From the IMG/VR virus record IMGVR_UViG_2724679563_000003, positions 1 through 64,000 of that record: a stretch of DNA of 64,000 nucleotides; one strand, written 5' to 3'. Source of the DNA: an uncultured virus (IMG/VR IMGVR_UViG_2724679563_000003). Taxonomy: Duplodnaviria > Heunggongvirae > Uroviricota > Caudoviricetes. Made by a program: the position numbers and the translations under genes. The notes below the pieces were generated by a model, which saw nothing but the letters and a program-made list of their open reading frames with translations, ran no database searches and was not told the origin of the DNA. This document shows, piece by piece, positions 1 through 9,296 of this stretch; within the stretch, counting starts at the first letter, position 1; the number at the start of each line of letters is the position of its first letter.

Positions 1-225
1 AAAACAGAAGATAATGCTAAAAGAAGAAGTTTTGGAGGATACAGAAGTAATTTTAATGAATGTGAGAAATACACACTACAGGAGATAAAAGAAAGTGGCT
101 ATAACTTCCCTATATACGGAAAAGATATAAACCATGATAATTACATGAAAGTTGAAGATTTCGCTATTGAAATTAAGAGATTAAAAAGGTTAGGTTATAG
201 ACCTATATTAATTTATTATGGATAG
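1..225 (+). CDS. 3' end of a hypothetical phage protein (partial)
   Basis: Frame 1 is open from the window start to TAG at 223-225 (KTEDNAKRRSFGGY...RPILIYYG). Confidence 0.55.
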   Translation, partial: KTEDNAKRRSFGGYRSNFNECEKYTLQEIKESGYNFPIYGKDINHDNYMKVEDFAIEIKRLKRLGYRPILIYYG

Positions 226-342
226 AATTATGTTCACAATTCAAATATAATATAAAACAATTTAATAGATATATTAAAACAAGTATTTTATTTAAATTTG
301 GGGGAGAGATAGGTTAATGTTAGATTTAAAAGGAGGGATTGA

Positions 343-2904
343 ATGAAAAGTCCACAGCTATTTTCATTATTAAAGTTAAAACTACAAGATTTTATAACAT
401 CAGAGAAAGAAAAAAAGACTAATAAAAAAGGTGTTACAAAAGAAAAAACAGTATATAAGTTAAATAATAATATAGTTTTGTCAAATGAACAATTTGAAGA
501 AGCAACTATAAAGCAACAATACAACCATTTGTTTAGAATATTAAAAAATAAAAATAGAATAGAAAATAATTTTATAAAAGATGTATTATTTATAGATTGT
601 AAAAATAATTCTAATTATCAAAAACAATTAGATGGGATTTTAAAAAAAGGTGTGTTTGTAAACAATATAAAATATAAATACTGGGGAAAATCAGCTAGTA
701 TGTCTAGAAATGGTATTTTAGGATTTGTGTCAGAAGAAATGTATGATGATATAGAAGAATATGCAATGATGGATATAAAATTTGATAAAACTATACTAAG
801 TAAATTTGAAGCATATAAATGTTTACTACTAAGTTCCTGTTTTTGTATAGAGGATGAATTACCTTACATGATAGTAGTTGATGATTATGAAACAGTTGTT
901 AAAGATGTAAATATAAGATATGTAGATGAAAAGGAAGTTAATTACATTGATAATAAGACAGAAGAAGAAAAAATATTCAAGGAAAAGATAATAAAGCATG
1001 GTAAAAAAGATATTAACAATTGTATAAATGATGGAGCAGGGTTCATATCCAAAGAATATGCTAAAAAAATAAGTGAGTATTTAGGGATAGAATATATTTT
1101 GTGTATAGCAATGTTACGAATTCCTTATGTGAAAGGTTTAGGTATAGCAATGGATTTTAAATCCTATTATAAATCTAAAGGAATAACGCATATAAAAGAT
1201 ATATGGGGAAAGGAACATAGAATAGAAGATATAGATATTATATTAACTAAAAGTCAATATAAAGGATATAAGTATTTTAAACAAGATAATACATATAATG
1301 ATTGGAAAAAGTATTTAAAATTATTAAAAAAATATAATTATTGTGTAGGTATAAGTAAATGGAATTATTCCCATGAAACTGAGCCAAAAATGACAAGGGC
1401 AAACTATCAAACGTTACAAACATTAGATATTACAAAAGATGATTTAATTGAAATGTCTAAATACACTAGAAGTTGGATAGAAAAAATATTAGGTGGCGAT
1501 TTATTATATGTTTATAAATATTTGGGGATAGGAGAAAATACTGAACCATCAAACATTTATATGAAAGCTATAATGCTAAATCCTCAAATGATAAATGACA
1601 TAAAAGTAAGAAGCTATTTGTATGGATTATTAAAAAAGACAATAGATGAAATAAAAATAGGAAAAATATATATAAAAGGTGCTTTTAAATTCTTGATTCC
1701 TGATGTAATTATGATGTTAGAGTATATTGGGGGATTACCAATAAGAGGTTGCTTAAAAGAAGGAGAGATGTATGCAAAAGAACATGAAGGCGAATATGTT
1801 TTAAATAGAAATCCACATATTTGTAAAGCTGAACATATAATATTAAATGCTGTAAGTAATGATGATACTAAAAAATGGTTATTTCATTTAGAAAATGTAT
1901 GTATGGTAAATGGATACGATGTAACCGCACAATCTCTCAATGGGGCTGACTATGATGGTGATTTAGTGTTTGTGCATAACAATCCTATATTTATAAAAGG
2001 AATCAATAGAGATTCTTATATAGTGTTAGATATAGAAGATAAAATAACAGCAAAAGAACAGCCTTATGATAAAAAACATATAATAGATTTTACTAAGAAG
2101 TCATTAAACAGTAGAATAGGTGAAATTTCTAATGGTGCATCTACATATCAAAATAAATTTGCTAAAGATGAAGAAACAAGAAAAAAATATGAAGATTATA
2201 CTTGTTTATTATCAGTCATTAATGGAAAAGAAATTGATTATGTAAAAACAGGCATTCGTTGGAATGTGCCTAGAAATATTGCAAAAGGAGCAAAACCATT
2301 ACCATATTTCTTAAAATATAAATATCCTAGCCAAAATAAACATAATAGATCAAAGACAAAAATGAATGAGCATTGTTGGTTTATTGAAAAGTGGGAAAGA
2401 AAACTTAAATTTAGTAAAAATTTCATCAACACAAGTTATTGTATGATAAATAATAATATTCCTTTTGATGATGATAAATATAATAAAGTGGTAAAACTAT
2501 TTGAACTATATAAGAAAGAATATAAAAGCAATAAAAATTTTGAAAATATGTGTAAGAATTATGAAAAATATCAATATGAATTGGAGGAACTAGACTTAAA
2601 CAAAAAGGCAATAAAAGATTTTGAAATAGACTGGGATAAATTTTATAAGAGATATAGAATTCAGTTTTTAGAAATTGTACCTAATCAATCAGAATTAGCA
2701 AATTATCTAGTAGAATTAGTTTATAATAAGATGAATGGTATGTATTATAATCAAATGTGGCAAATAGTTAAAGAGGGTATCTTAACCAATTTAAGAATAA
2801 ATCAGATTAAGCCCATTTTAGTACCTAAAGAAACTAAAGATAATATGGGAACAGAGTATCTAGGTAGGTATTATAAATTTGTTGAATATAAGGGGTGCAT
2901 ATAA
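343..2904 (+). CDS. yonO: YonO-like single-subunit DNA-dependent RNA polymerase (cellular RdRP-family fold)
   Basis: 853 aa. Catalytic motif NGADYDGD (DxDGD), upstream LNRNPH motif, NDGAG and SASMSR motifs. RBS aggaggga. Lies upstream of an SPbeta-like yonN/yonK/yonJ and head gene order. Confidence 0.88.
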   Translation: MKSPQLFSLLKLKLQDFITSEKEKKTNKKGVTKEKTVYKLNNNIVLSNEQFEEATIKQQYNHLFRILKNKNRIENNFIKDVLFIDCKNNSNYQKQLDGILKKGVFVNNIKYKYWGKSASMSRNGILGFVSEEMYDDIEEYAMMDIKFDKTILSKFEAYKCLLLSSCFCIEDELPYMIVVDDYETVVKDVNIRYVDEKEVNYIDNKTEEEKIFKEKIIKHGKKDINNCINDGAGFISKEYAKKISEYLGIEYILCIAMLRIPYVKGLGIAMDFKSYYKSKGITHIKDIWGKEHRIEDIDIILTKSQYKGYKYFKQDNTYNDWKKYLKLLKKYNYCVGISKWNYSHETEPKMTRANYQTLQTLDITKDDLIEMSKYTRSWIEKILGGDLLYVYKYLGIGENTEPSNIYMKAIMLNPQMINDIKVRSYLYGLLKKTIDEIKIGKIYIKGAFKFLIPDVIMMLEYIGGLPIRGCLKEGEMYAKEHEGEYVLNRNPHICKAEHIILNAVSNDDTKKWLFHLENVCMVNGYDVTAQSLNGADYDGDLVFVHNNPIFIKGINRDSYIVLDIEDKITAKEQPYDKKHIIDFTKKSLNSRIGEISNGASTYQNKFAKDEETRKKYEDYTCLLSVINGKEIDYVKTGIRWNVPRNIAKGAKPLPYFLKYKYPSQNKHNRSKTKMNEHCWFIEKWERKLKFSKNFINTSYCMINNNIPFDDDKYNKVVKLFELYKKEYKSNKNFENMCKNYEKYQYELEELDLNKKAIKDFEIDWDKFYKRYRIQFLEIVPNQSELANYLVELVYNKMNGMYYNQMWQIVKEGILTNLRINQIKPILVPKETKDNMGTEYLGRYYKFVEYKGCI

Positions 2905-2905
2905 C

Positions 2906-3751
2906 ATGGGGTATTTAAATGAAGTGTTTAATACTTATTATTCTTCAACAGATAATAGCCAAAAGAATAATATTAAAGAAGGTTTTAAAAATATTATATG
3001 GAGATGTCTACCCTATACTAAATTAGATAGATTTTTTAAATTTAAAATATCCTATGATAACATTAGAGATGAAAAGATTTTAGATTTATTTAAAAAGTAT
3101 AATTACATAGAATATAAAGTATTAAGATCAAGATATAATATTAATATTTTAGAGAAAGAAGACTTGATAAAAGCGAGAGTAAATAGTAATTATGGTAAAT
3201 ACTTTGATAAAGAGGTTTATTTAAAAAAAGACTATTATAAGGCTTTAGCAAATTATAAAAATATATATTTTAGATATTTAAATAAAGAAATTAATGATTC
3301 AATATTAAATAATCTGATAAAAGAAAACAATACAAAAGTGGAATCTTTTAAAGAAAAGTCATTTAATCATAAATATGATATGACTTGGAAGGATTACAAG
3401 TTATTTGTTAATATGTGTTTTGATAAGATATTTGATAATTATAGACCAATAGAAGAAAAGGTAAAAAATAATGAATTTAAACCAAATCATATATTAGATT
3501 GGGATGAAGATAATTATATATTAGGATATGTTAATAAAAGTCTAAATGGATATTTAAAGAATTACTTAAAAGAAAAAAAAGGAGATAGAAAAGAAAAGAG
3601 GTATAAAAAATGTGAGATTTGTGGAGTGTTAATAGAAAAGAAATCAAACAAAACTAAATATTGTCCAAGTTGTGCTAGAGAAATATTACAAGAACAAAAG
3701 AATAAATGGAAACGTGAAAAATGGAATAAAATTAATAAGGAAGAAAAATAG
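2906..3751 (+). CDS. Hypothetical protein with C-terminal Zn ribbon, possible RNAP accessory or late transcription factor
   Basis: ATG at 2906, 1 nt after the RNAP stop. C-terminal CEICG...YCPSC followed by a basic helix. Confidence 0.6.
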   Translation: MGYLNEVFNTYYSSTDNSQKNNIKEGFKNIIWRCLPYTKLDRFFKFKISYDNIRDEKILDLFKKYNYIEYKVLRSRYNINILEKEDLIKARVNSNYGKYFDKEVYLKKDYYKALANYKNIYFRYLNKEINDSILNNLIKENNTKVESFKEKSFNHKYDMTWKDYKLFVNMCFDKIFDNYRPIEEKVKNNEFKPNHILDWDEDNYILGYVNKSLNGYLKNYLKEKKGDRKEKRYKKCEICGVLIEKKSNKTKYCPSCAREILQEQKNKWKREKWNKINKEEK

Positions 3752-3859
3752 AAAATACTTTCAAACGTAGTCATACCAATAATTAGACTGCATTATGCTG
3801 TTATTTTCCTTTTAATGAGTAGCAAGATATAATAAAATCAAGAATTTATAAAAAAGCAG

Positions 3860-4220
3860 TTAAGCAAGAGAGTAGCTACAACTACCCTCTATAAATATAT
3901 TTTTCCCTATATGCTTTCGTTTGGCGGCTTAATCATATTTATAAAAATAATAAGGTACGCCAATACCTTATTAAAATAAATGTTGGGAATAATTTACCTT
4001 CCCATGTGTTTTTTACTAAATAATCTAATTGCTTAATGTCTTATCTACGCCAATAGATAAGCATTATGAAACAACGGAGTAAAGCTCCAATTAATCAAGA
4101 CAACTTTAAATTGACCCACTACGCCTCTTAACAATGCGAACCGAGTGCAGTATTAGTGGACGAAGTACAAGTCAACGCATTAAGCATGGTCTAGCCGAGA
4201 ATACGGTCTGGTGCTAATAT
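3860..4220 (+). ncRNA. Candidate structured non-coding RNA or leader
   Basis: ORF-free. Two hairpins share the loop CGCCAA (3948-3973, 4040-4061). A GC-richer nested fold lies at 4111-4215. Confidence 0.5.
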
Positions 4221-4247
4221 AAGTATTTGTAAAGGGAGAATAATTAT

Positions 4248-4442
4248 ATGAAAATAGAATTTAAAAATAGTAATAAAATATTAAATACTGATGTTGGAGT
4301 AGTTGTAACTTCAAAAGATGGTTGGTCGAGAATATGTTTAGCTAAAAATCATAACTATATTTTTATAAATGATGATGATATAATGTGTTTTTCTGTATTA
4401 GATGAATATAAAAATGGTGATATACAAGGAGCTAAAATATAA
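4248..4442 (+). CDS. Hypothetical protein
   Basis: 64-aa ORF with RBS aagggag. Confidence 0.65.
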   Translation: MKIEFKNSNKILNTDVGVVVTSKDGWSRICLAKNHNYIFINDDDIMCFSVLDEYKNGDIQGAKI

Positions 4443-4625
4443 AATAATTTAACGATAGGAAGTAACTTAATTAAATAGATAATTTTTTTCATTGATATGG
4501 GTAGATTTCATATTTACCCAATCCCTCCCTCCTATTTTTTAAGAGGGAATGAATAAGATATATGATCCAATAGGATTTATATAAAATATAAAGTGTGGCT
4601 ACTGAAAGCTAGAAGGAGAATCAAT

Positions 4626-5504
4626 ATGGATAGTTTTAATGAAAAAGTAGTGGAAAATTTAAAAAACGAGGTAGAATATTTGAATCATTCTTTAGCTAGA
4701 GCTAGAGAAAGTGGGAACTTCTCTATGTATAAGAATTTAATTAATAGTTACAGAGAAACTGTAATGTTAATCAATGAGTTATCAGAAAATAAAAAATGCA
4801 AATCTAATATAATACAAACATCAGATAAAATAATTATGCAAGTTGAGAATAGACAACTTACTACAGAGAATAATGAGGTTATAATAGATAAAAATGGAAT
4901 TAATATAAAGAATACAAATGGTATTAATATAAAAAATAAAATAGATTATTGGAAAACTGATGAATATAAAATAAGATGTGCAATTGAAAAAGAGATTGAA
5001 GAATGTATTAATAAAATAGAATTTGAATATAAAGATTATATTGAACATTTTAGAGTTGCTAGAACAATTGGTGAAAGATATGATGTCACATTTTTTATTA
5101 CCAATGAGGATATACTAGAGCAATTCAAACAAGCAATTTCTAATATATTAGAAAAAATAACATTAAAACGATTTATTGGTGATATTAGAGGCTATGTTAA
5201 AGAATACAATGAAAATAAGATATTTTGCGAAGAATGTAAAAAACAATTAAATAAAGAAGATTTTTATAAAATAGATAATTCAGAATATCCTATTTGTAAA
5301 AATTGTTTAAGAAAAATGATTAGAGATGAAAATGATGAGTTTGATGTAGATAAATTTGAAACTATATTAAAAGATATGAAAGTAGAATTTATTGGTTCTA
5401 TATTTTATTCAGTTATTGGAAATGTAATACATAAAGATTATAATATTATAGGTGATTATTTAAGAAAATATTTACCTTATAAACTTACACAAAAAATTGA
5501 ATAA
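4626..5504 (+). CDS. Hypothetical protein with N-terminal helical module and C-terminal CxxC..CxxC domain
   Basis: RBS aggag before ATG 4626. CEEC/CKNC motif resembles the N-terminus of the 12399 protein. Confidence 0.7.
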   Translation: MDSFNEKVVENLKNEVEYLNHSLARARESGNFSMYKNLINSYRETVMLINELSENKKCKSNIIQTSDKIIMQVENRQLTTENNEVIIDKNGINIKNTNGINIKNKIDYWKTDEYKIRCAIEKEIEECINKIEFEYKDYIEHFRVARTIGERYDVTFFITNEDILEQFKQAISNILEKITLKRFIGDIRGYVKEYNENKIFCEECKKQLNKEDFYKIDNSEYPICKNCLRKMIRDENDEFDVDKFETILKDMKVEFIGSIFYSVIGNVIHKDYNIIGDYLRKYLPYKLTQKIE

Positions 5505-5561
5505 TTAATTTAAAATCGTTATTTTATGTAAAATAATTTTACATTTAAATAAAATATATGG

Positions 5562-6314
5562 GTGATGACCGACATCAAGGAGAAGAACATGAATTTTGAA
5601 AAACACTTAAATAATTTAGAAAAAGAATTGTATTTACTGAATGACAAAATTGTACAGGCTAGGGAAGATGAGAATTGGGGTACTTATAAGAACTTAATAC
5701 TATCTTACAAAGAAATATTAAATTTAATAAATAATTTCAATGTTAAAACTAATGAAGAATTAGAAAATAATCAGTTTAAAGTACCAGTGAAATTTTCTAT
5801 TAAAGAAATTAGATGTAATTCTAATTATAAAATAGATAATTTTAATTGTGATTGTCCTATAGTTATAGATGAAAACGTAAATGGTTTTGAATTTATAGTA
5901 GATATTATATTAAACGGAGTAATAAATAACAGTTTTAAAATAACAAGAGAAACATTTAAAAATAGATTAATAACAAAAGCAAAAGAAATGCCTTATAAAG
6001 CTTATAAATGGGGTGGAAATACTCCAGAATTAGGATTTGATTGCTCAGGTCTAGTACAATATGTTTATAAAAATAGTACAGGACTAAAAATAGGAAGGAC
6101 TGTATATGATCAATTAAAAAAAGGTAATATAATAGCTAAAAATAAATTACAAGCTGGTGATGTAGTGTTCTTTGGAAGAAAAGATATTCCGTATCATGTA
6201 GGAATTTATTTAGGCAATGATGAATATATACATTCACCAAAGTCAGGTGATGTGGTAAAAATATCTAAATTAAGTAATAGGAATGATTATATTACTGCTA
6301 GAAGGTATTTTTAG
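5562..6314 (+). CDS. NlpC/P60 family peptidoglycan endopeptidase domain protein
   Basis: YKWGG...FDCSGLVQYVY...GDVVFF...HVGIYLG...IH: Cys-His-His triad. The real start may be the ATG at 5589. Confidence 0.9.
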   Translation: MMTDIKEKNMNFEKHLNNLEKELYLLNDKIVQAREDENWGTYKNLILSYKEILNLINNFNVKTNEELENNQFKVPVKFSIKEIRCNSNYKIDNFNCDCPIVIDENVNGFEFIVDIILNGVINNSFKITRETFKNRLITKAKEMPYKAYKWGGNTPELGFDCSGLVQYVYKNSTGLKIGRTVYDQLKKGNIIAKNKLQAGDVVFFGRKDIPYHVGIYLGNDEYIHSPKSGDVVKISKLSNRNDYITARRYF

Positions 6315-6410
6315 ATACAATAATTTATAAAGTTAAAAACCACAAAAGTGGTTTATATAAACAAAATAATAAAATTTTTTAAAAAGAGATATTTTAAGGA
6401 GGAAACAAAT

Positions 6411-6698
6411 ATGGTAAAAAATGAATTATTAAAAAGAATGGTTGAAGAAACTAAAGGAGAATTAAATCAAAAGCAATGTGACTTAGCATTAAAAGCATTT
6501 GAGGAAGTAGTAGGAAAAGCTTTAGAAAACGGAGATAAAGTTGCATTAACAGGATTCATGACAATAGAAACCAAAGCAGTTGCAGAAAGAGAGTGTTTAG
6601 CTAATCCTAGACAGCCAGAATTAGGTAAAAAAGTTATTCCTGCACATAAAGGTGTAAAAGTAAAAATAGGTAAAGGGCTAAAAGATAGAGTGATTTAA
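6411..6698 (+). CDS. hup: HU family DNA-binding protein (SPbeta YonN-like)
   Basis: KNELL...GDKVALTGF...R...NP...IPA...K.K.GK.LKDRV HU signature. RBS aaggagg before ATG 6411. Confidence 0.9.
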   Translation: MVKNELLKRMVEETKGELNQKQCDLALKAFEEVVGKALENGDKVALTGFMTIETKAVAERECLANPRQPELGKKVIPAHKGVKVKIGKGLKDRVI

Positions 6699-6798
6699 TA
6701 TAAAATAATTTTAAAATTAAATGTATAAATATACATAAATAAACTTATATGTGAGAGGATGTATATCCTTTCACCTCTGTAAGAGAGGGAGTATTAAA

Positions 6799-8022
6799 AT
6801 GGATAAAAATATTAAAGTGTTCATAGATACAAATATTTTATTACATACTGATAACTTAGATGTATTATTAGAGGAATATGGTGAATTGTATTTATCTAGT
6901 ATAGTTATTGAAGAATTAGAATCAATAAAAACAGACTCCAGAAAAGATAATGAAGTTAAGTTTAAAGGACGAATCGCATTAAGACATATAATTGAAAATG
7001 AAGATAAGTATAAAGTAATATTATGTGAAGACAAACACAGAAAGATTTGTGAGGATAAGCATTTAGAACAGAACAATGATAATTTAATTATTGCGACTGC
7101 TTATGAAGAAGGTAAAAGAAGTGACGTTAAGTTTATAAGCAATGATATTTTAGCTTACAAAATAGCTAAAGAAATATTTGGTTTAGACTCAATGAGATTA
7201 ATTCAACAAGAAGATGAATATAAAGGTTTTAAGGAATTCACAGGAAGTACAGACGATATTAATGAATTATTCTATCAATATGATAGTGGAAATAATTCAT
7301 TAAATTTATTAGAAAATGAATATTTGATTTTGAAAAATACAGACTTAGATAAAGTTTATGAATATAGATTTAATAATGGAGAACTTAATTTGATAAAATT
7401 ACCTCCATCAAAAGTTGTTAAAGGGTGGAATAGTAAGCAGCGATGTGCCTTAGACCTGCTGATGGATAAAAATATTCCTATTAAAATAATAGCAGGTAAT
7501 TTTGGTAGTGGAAAGACTGTTCTTAGTATTAGAACAGCAGTATATCATATTTTAGATAAAGGAAATTATTCAAAAATAATGTTAGTAAGAAACCCTCTAG
7601 GTTCAGGTGAAGAAATTGGATATCTAAAAGGTACAAAAGAAGATAAAATAAGAGAATTTTATAAACCAATAGAACAAAATTTAGATGGTGGAGAATTTCA
7701 GTTAAATGATATGGTAATGAAAGGACAATTAGAAATGGAGATACCATATTACATGAAGGGCATGAGCTTAAAAGATACATTTGTTTTAGTTGATGAATGT
7801 GAAGATTTAAATAAGAAAATATTTAAATTAATAGGTTCAAGAGTAGGAAATAACTCATGTGTAGCTTTTGTAGGAGATTGGAAACAAGCAGAAGCAAAGT
7901 ATGTACATGATAATGGATTGATTCAGTTTATACAATATGCAAAAGGAAATCCACTAGTAGGGATAGTAGTCTTAGATGAAGATGTAAGGTCTAGTGCAAG
8001 TAAGTTATTTGCAGATTTTTAA
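6799..8022 (+). CDS. phoH: PIN domain-PhoH family ATPase
   Basis: N-terminal PIN (FIDTNIL, NDNLII, SND), Walker A GNFGSGKT, LVDECED, GDWKQ. Start 6799 chosen from the RBS. Confidence 0.88.
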   Translation: MDKNIKVFIDTNILLHTDNLDVLLEEYGELYLSSIVIEELESIKTDSRKDNEVKFKGRIALRHIIENEDKYKVILCEDKHRKICEDKHLEQNNDNLIIATAYEEGKRSDVKFISNDILAYKIAKEIFGLDSMRLIQQEDEYKGFKEFTGSTDDINELFYQYDSGNNSLNLLENEYLILKNTDLDKVYEYRFNNGELNLIKLPPSKVVKGWNSKQRCALDLLMDKNIPIKIIAGNFGSGKTVLSIRTAVYHILDKGNYSKIMLVRNPLGSGEEIGYLKGTKEDKIREFYKPIEQNLDGGEFQLNDMVMKGQLEMEIPYYMKGMSLKDTFVLVDECEDLNKKIFKLIGSRVGNNSCVAFVGDWKQAEAKYVHDNGLIQFIQYAKGNPLVGIVVLDEDVRSSASKLFADF

Positions 8023-8073
8023 TAATATAAAATAATTTAATAAAATAATATTTTTAAAGGAGAGATTTTATAA

Positions 8074-8268
8074 ATGGCAAAACAATCATTAAATACAACT
8101 TTTAAAAATGCTGAAATTACAGAGGAAGACGGAATATTTACGGTTACTGAATATAGTAAAGATGAGACAAAAGTTTATAATTTAACAGAAGTATTAAGAA
8201 ATCATTTAAATATGGAAGGCTTATCAATTAGAATAGCAAAAGATAGTGAGCTGCCTTCAGAAGAATAG
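8074..8268 (+). CDS. yonK: YonK family protein
   Basis: 64 aa, MAK...FKNA.I.....TE..KDETKVY.L...L...G.SI.I pattern. SPbeta-like position before yonJ. Confidence 0.75.
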   Translation: MAKQSLNTTFKNAEITEEDGIFTVTEYSKDETKVYNLTEVLRNHLNMEGLSIRIAKDSELPSEE

Positions 8269-8329
8269 GTATAAAACAAAGATTTTATATAAAACAATTT
8301 AATAAAAATAGTTTTAAAAGGAGAAAAAT

Positions 8330-8575
8330 ATGTATATTCCATTTAGTGAAATGACAGAAAATCAAAGCAACATTAACAAATCAACAGAATGTATAATATC
8401 TGAAAAAGAATATGTTAGATTGAAAAATATAATAGAAGAATTAAGTAAAATTGATTTTTTTAATAATATGGGAATAAGTAAACAACCTACAAATGTAACT
8501 ATAAACATTTATAATGACAAACAAGATGATTTTAAATTAGCTGAGACAATAGTAAAACAGTTGAAACAAATATAA
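8330..8575 (+). CDS. Hypothetical protein
   Basis: 81-aa ORF, RBS aaggag. Confidence 0.65.
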   Translation: MYIPFSEMTENQSNINKSTECIISEKEYVRLKNIIEELSKIDFFNNMGISKQPTNVTINIYNDKQDDFKLAETIVKQLKQI

Positions 8576-8600
8576 AATTTGTAATAAAGAGAAACTTCAA

Positions 8601-8906
8601 ATGAATAATAAAAATGGAACAGTCTATTTTATATTAGATACATCTGCTGCTAATTTAGTCAAGATTGGATTCACAAGGAATTTAAAAAGAAGAATAAAAC
8701 AATTAGAAACATCAAATTGCAATTTAAGATTAATACATAAAATAGAAAATTGTGACATGGAATATGAAAAGAGTTTACATATTTTCTTTCAGACAGAAAG
8801 AGTTAAAAACGAATGGTTTAATTATGGAGATTCAATTAAAGAATGGATAAAAAGAGATAAAATTAAAAAAGAATATTTTGAAAAAGTTAAAAAGTTAAAA
8901 AGTTAA
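8601..8906 (+). CDS. GIY-YIG superfamily protein (T5orf172/MUG113-like)
   Basis: VYFI...VKIGFT.NL.RRI.QL.T....E..LH..F...R...EWF. Confidence 0.85.
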   Translation: MNNKNGTVYFILDTSAANLVKIGFTRNLKRRIKQLETSNCNLRLIHKIENCDMEYEKSLHIFFQTERVKNEWFNYGDSIKEWIKRDKIKKEYFEKVKKLKS

Positions 8907-8952
8907 AAATTTAAGTTAGCTATGACTTGTACAAGCATAGACCAAACTAATT

Positions 8953-8984
8953 AGAGGTAGATAGTTAAATCTACCTCTTTATTA
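8953..8984 (+). terminator. Intrinsic terminator
   Basis: agaggtagat/atctacctct stem followed by a T-rich tail. Confidence 0.6.
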
Positions 8985-9068
8985 AATTTAAAATAATTTG
9001 CAAATATTATAAAATTCATCTTTTATTTTATATAAGAGGTAAATTTTTAGTGTTTATAGGAAAGATGT

Positions 9069-9143
9069 ATGGGTTTAGTGTAATGTGTAGCACGACAGTC
9101 TCCAAAACTGTTAGTGAGGGTTCAAATCCCTCAGTCCATGCCA
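9069..9143 (+). tRNA. trnW: tRNA-Trp (CCA)
   Basis: Cloverleaf: acceptor ATGGGTT/AGTCCAT, anticodon arm ACAGT-CTCCAAA-ACTGT, T arm GAGGG-TTCAAAT-CCCTC, encoded 3' CCA. Confidence 0.93.
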
Positions 9144-9150
9144 AATTTTT

Positions 9151-9290
9151 AAAGCTATTTTTGAAGAGTGAATTAAACACTCTATCGCACTCCTACAGCG
9201 ATTTAGATACTAAGGAGAAGGGATAGAACGAACTTAATTCCTTCTTCAAAGATAGCTTTTTAGTTATCTAAATTTTAAGCTGTAGGAGGC
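9151..9290 (+). promoter_or_regulatory. Structured leader of the antirepressor gene with an alternative RBS-sequestering pairing
   Basis: 17-bp stem 9151-9167/9243-9259. Segment 9190-9213 is complementary to 9260-9288, which overlaps the RBS. Confidence 0.55.
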
Positions 9291-9296
9291 ATAAGT

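Noticed and set aside
343..2904. RNA-dependent RNA polymerase or RNAi-like system
   Set aside because: The fold is RdRP-related, but the SPbeta-like context points to YonO, which is DNA-dependent. No Argonaute- or Dicer-like gene is in the window.
4111..4215. Assignment as a twister or HDV-like ribozyme
   Set aside because: I could not map the required conserved residues and pairings by eye. It is left as an unassigned structured RNA.
8881..8910. aaaaagtt tandem repeat at the end of the GIY-YIG gene
   Set aside because: Short low-complexity repeat at a gene end with no evidence of function.
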